DNA of 64,000 nt from positions 86,492,001 through 86,556,000 of the forward strand of contig CM059432.1 in the NCBI GenBank assembly GCA_030390025.1, in the 5' to 3' direction. This document shows positions 63,900-64,000 of this stretch, one piece after another; position 1 is the stretch's first letter, and each line of letters opens with the position of its first letter. Both the position numbers and the translations under genes were made by a program. The notes under the pieces are model-generated. The model worked only from the letters and a program-made list of their open reading frames with translations. It searched no databases and was not told the DNA's origin. The DNA comes from Squalus acanthias (lineage: Eukaryota).

Positions 63900-64000
63900 G
63901 GGCTGGATTTTGATACTGGGGCGGGTTGGGGTCGTGTCATCCGCATTTCGTGTTATCCACCAGACTGCAATTGGATGTGGGAGATTGATACAATTTTCAC
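63900..64000. mobile_element. Start of another copy of the 39694-40423 MITE family, inverted and running off the window
   Basis: GGGCTGGATTTTG...GGGTTGGGGTCGTGT.ATCCGCATTTCGTGTT is the reverse complement of 40365-40423. Confidence 0.8.

Overview
Vertebrate genomic DNA, most likely from a cartilaginous fish judging by its repeat content (CR1/L2 LINEs, Deu-type and HE1-like SINEs, GC-rich Harbinger elements). The window lies inside a Staufen-2 (STAU2) gene on the minus strand. Two coding exons are visible (59236-59527 and 25284-25397), separated by a 33.8-kb intron, and the rest is repeat-dense intron. Highlights: (1) a very young, intact 4.4-kb Ty3/Gypsy LTR retrotransposon with identical 183-bp LTRs, a GATTC target-site duplication (TSD) and one 1318-aa gag-pol ORF. 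It has no tRNA primer-binding site (PBS). The PBS position is instead a perfect 12-nt complement of its own LTR, a self-priming geometry, and its RT has YLDN instead of YxDD. (2) Two copies of a ~140-nt Penelope-type mini-element carrying a minimal hammerhead ribozyme. (3) A full-length but decayed two-gene Harbinger transposon plus many related non-autonomous elements. (4) Several near-perfect local inverted duplications that would form long dsRNA in the pre-mRNA of a dsRNA-binding-protein gene. (5) Multi-level nested insertions. All calls are from reading the sequence and no searches were run. Boundaries of old repeats are approximate.
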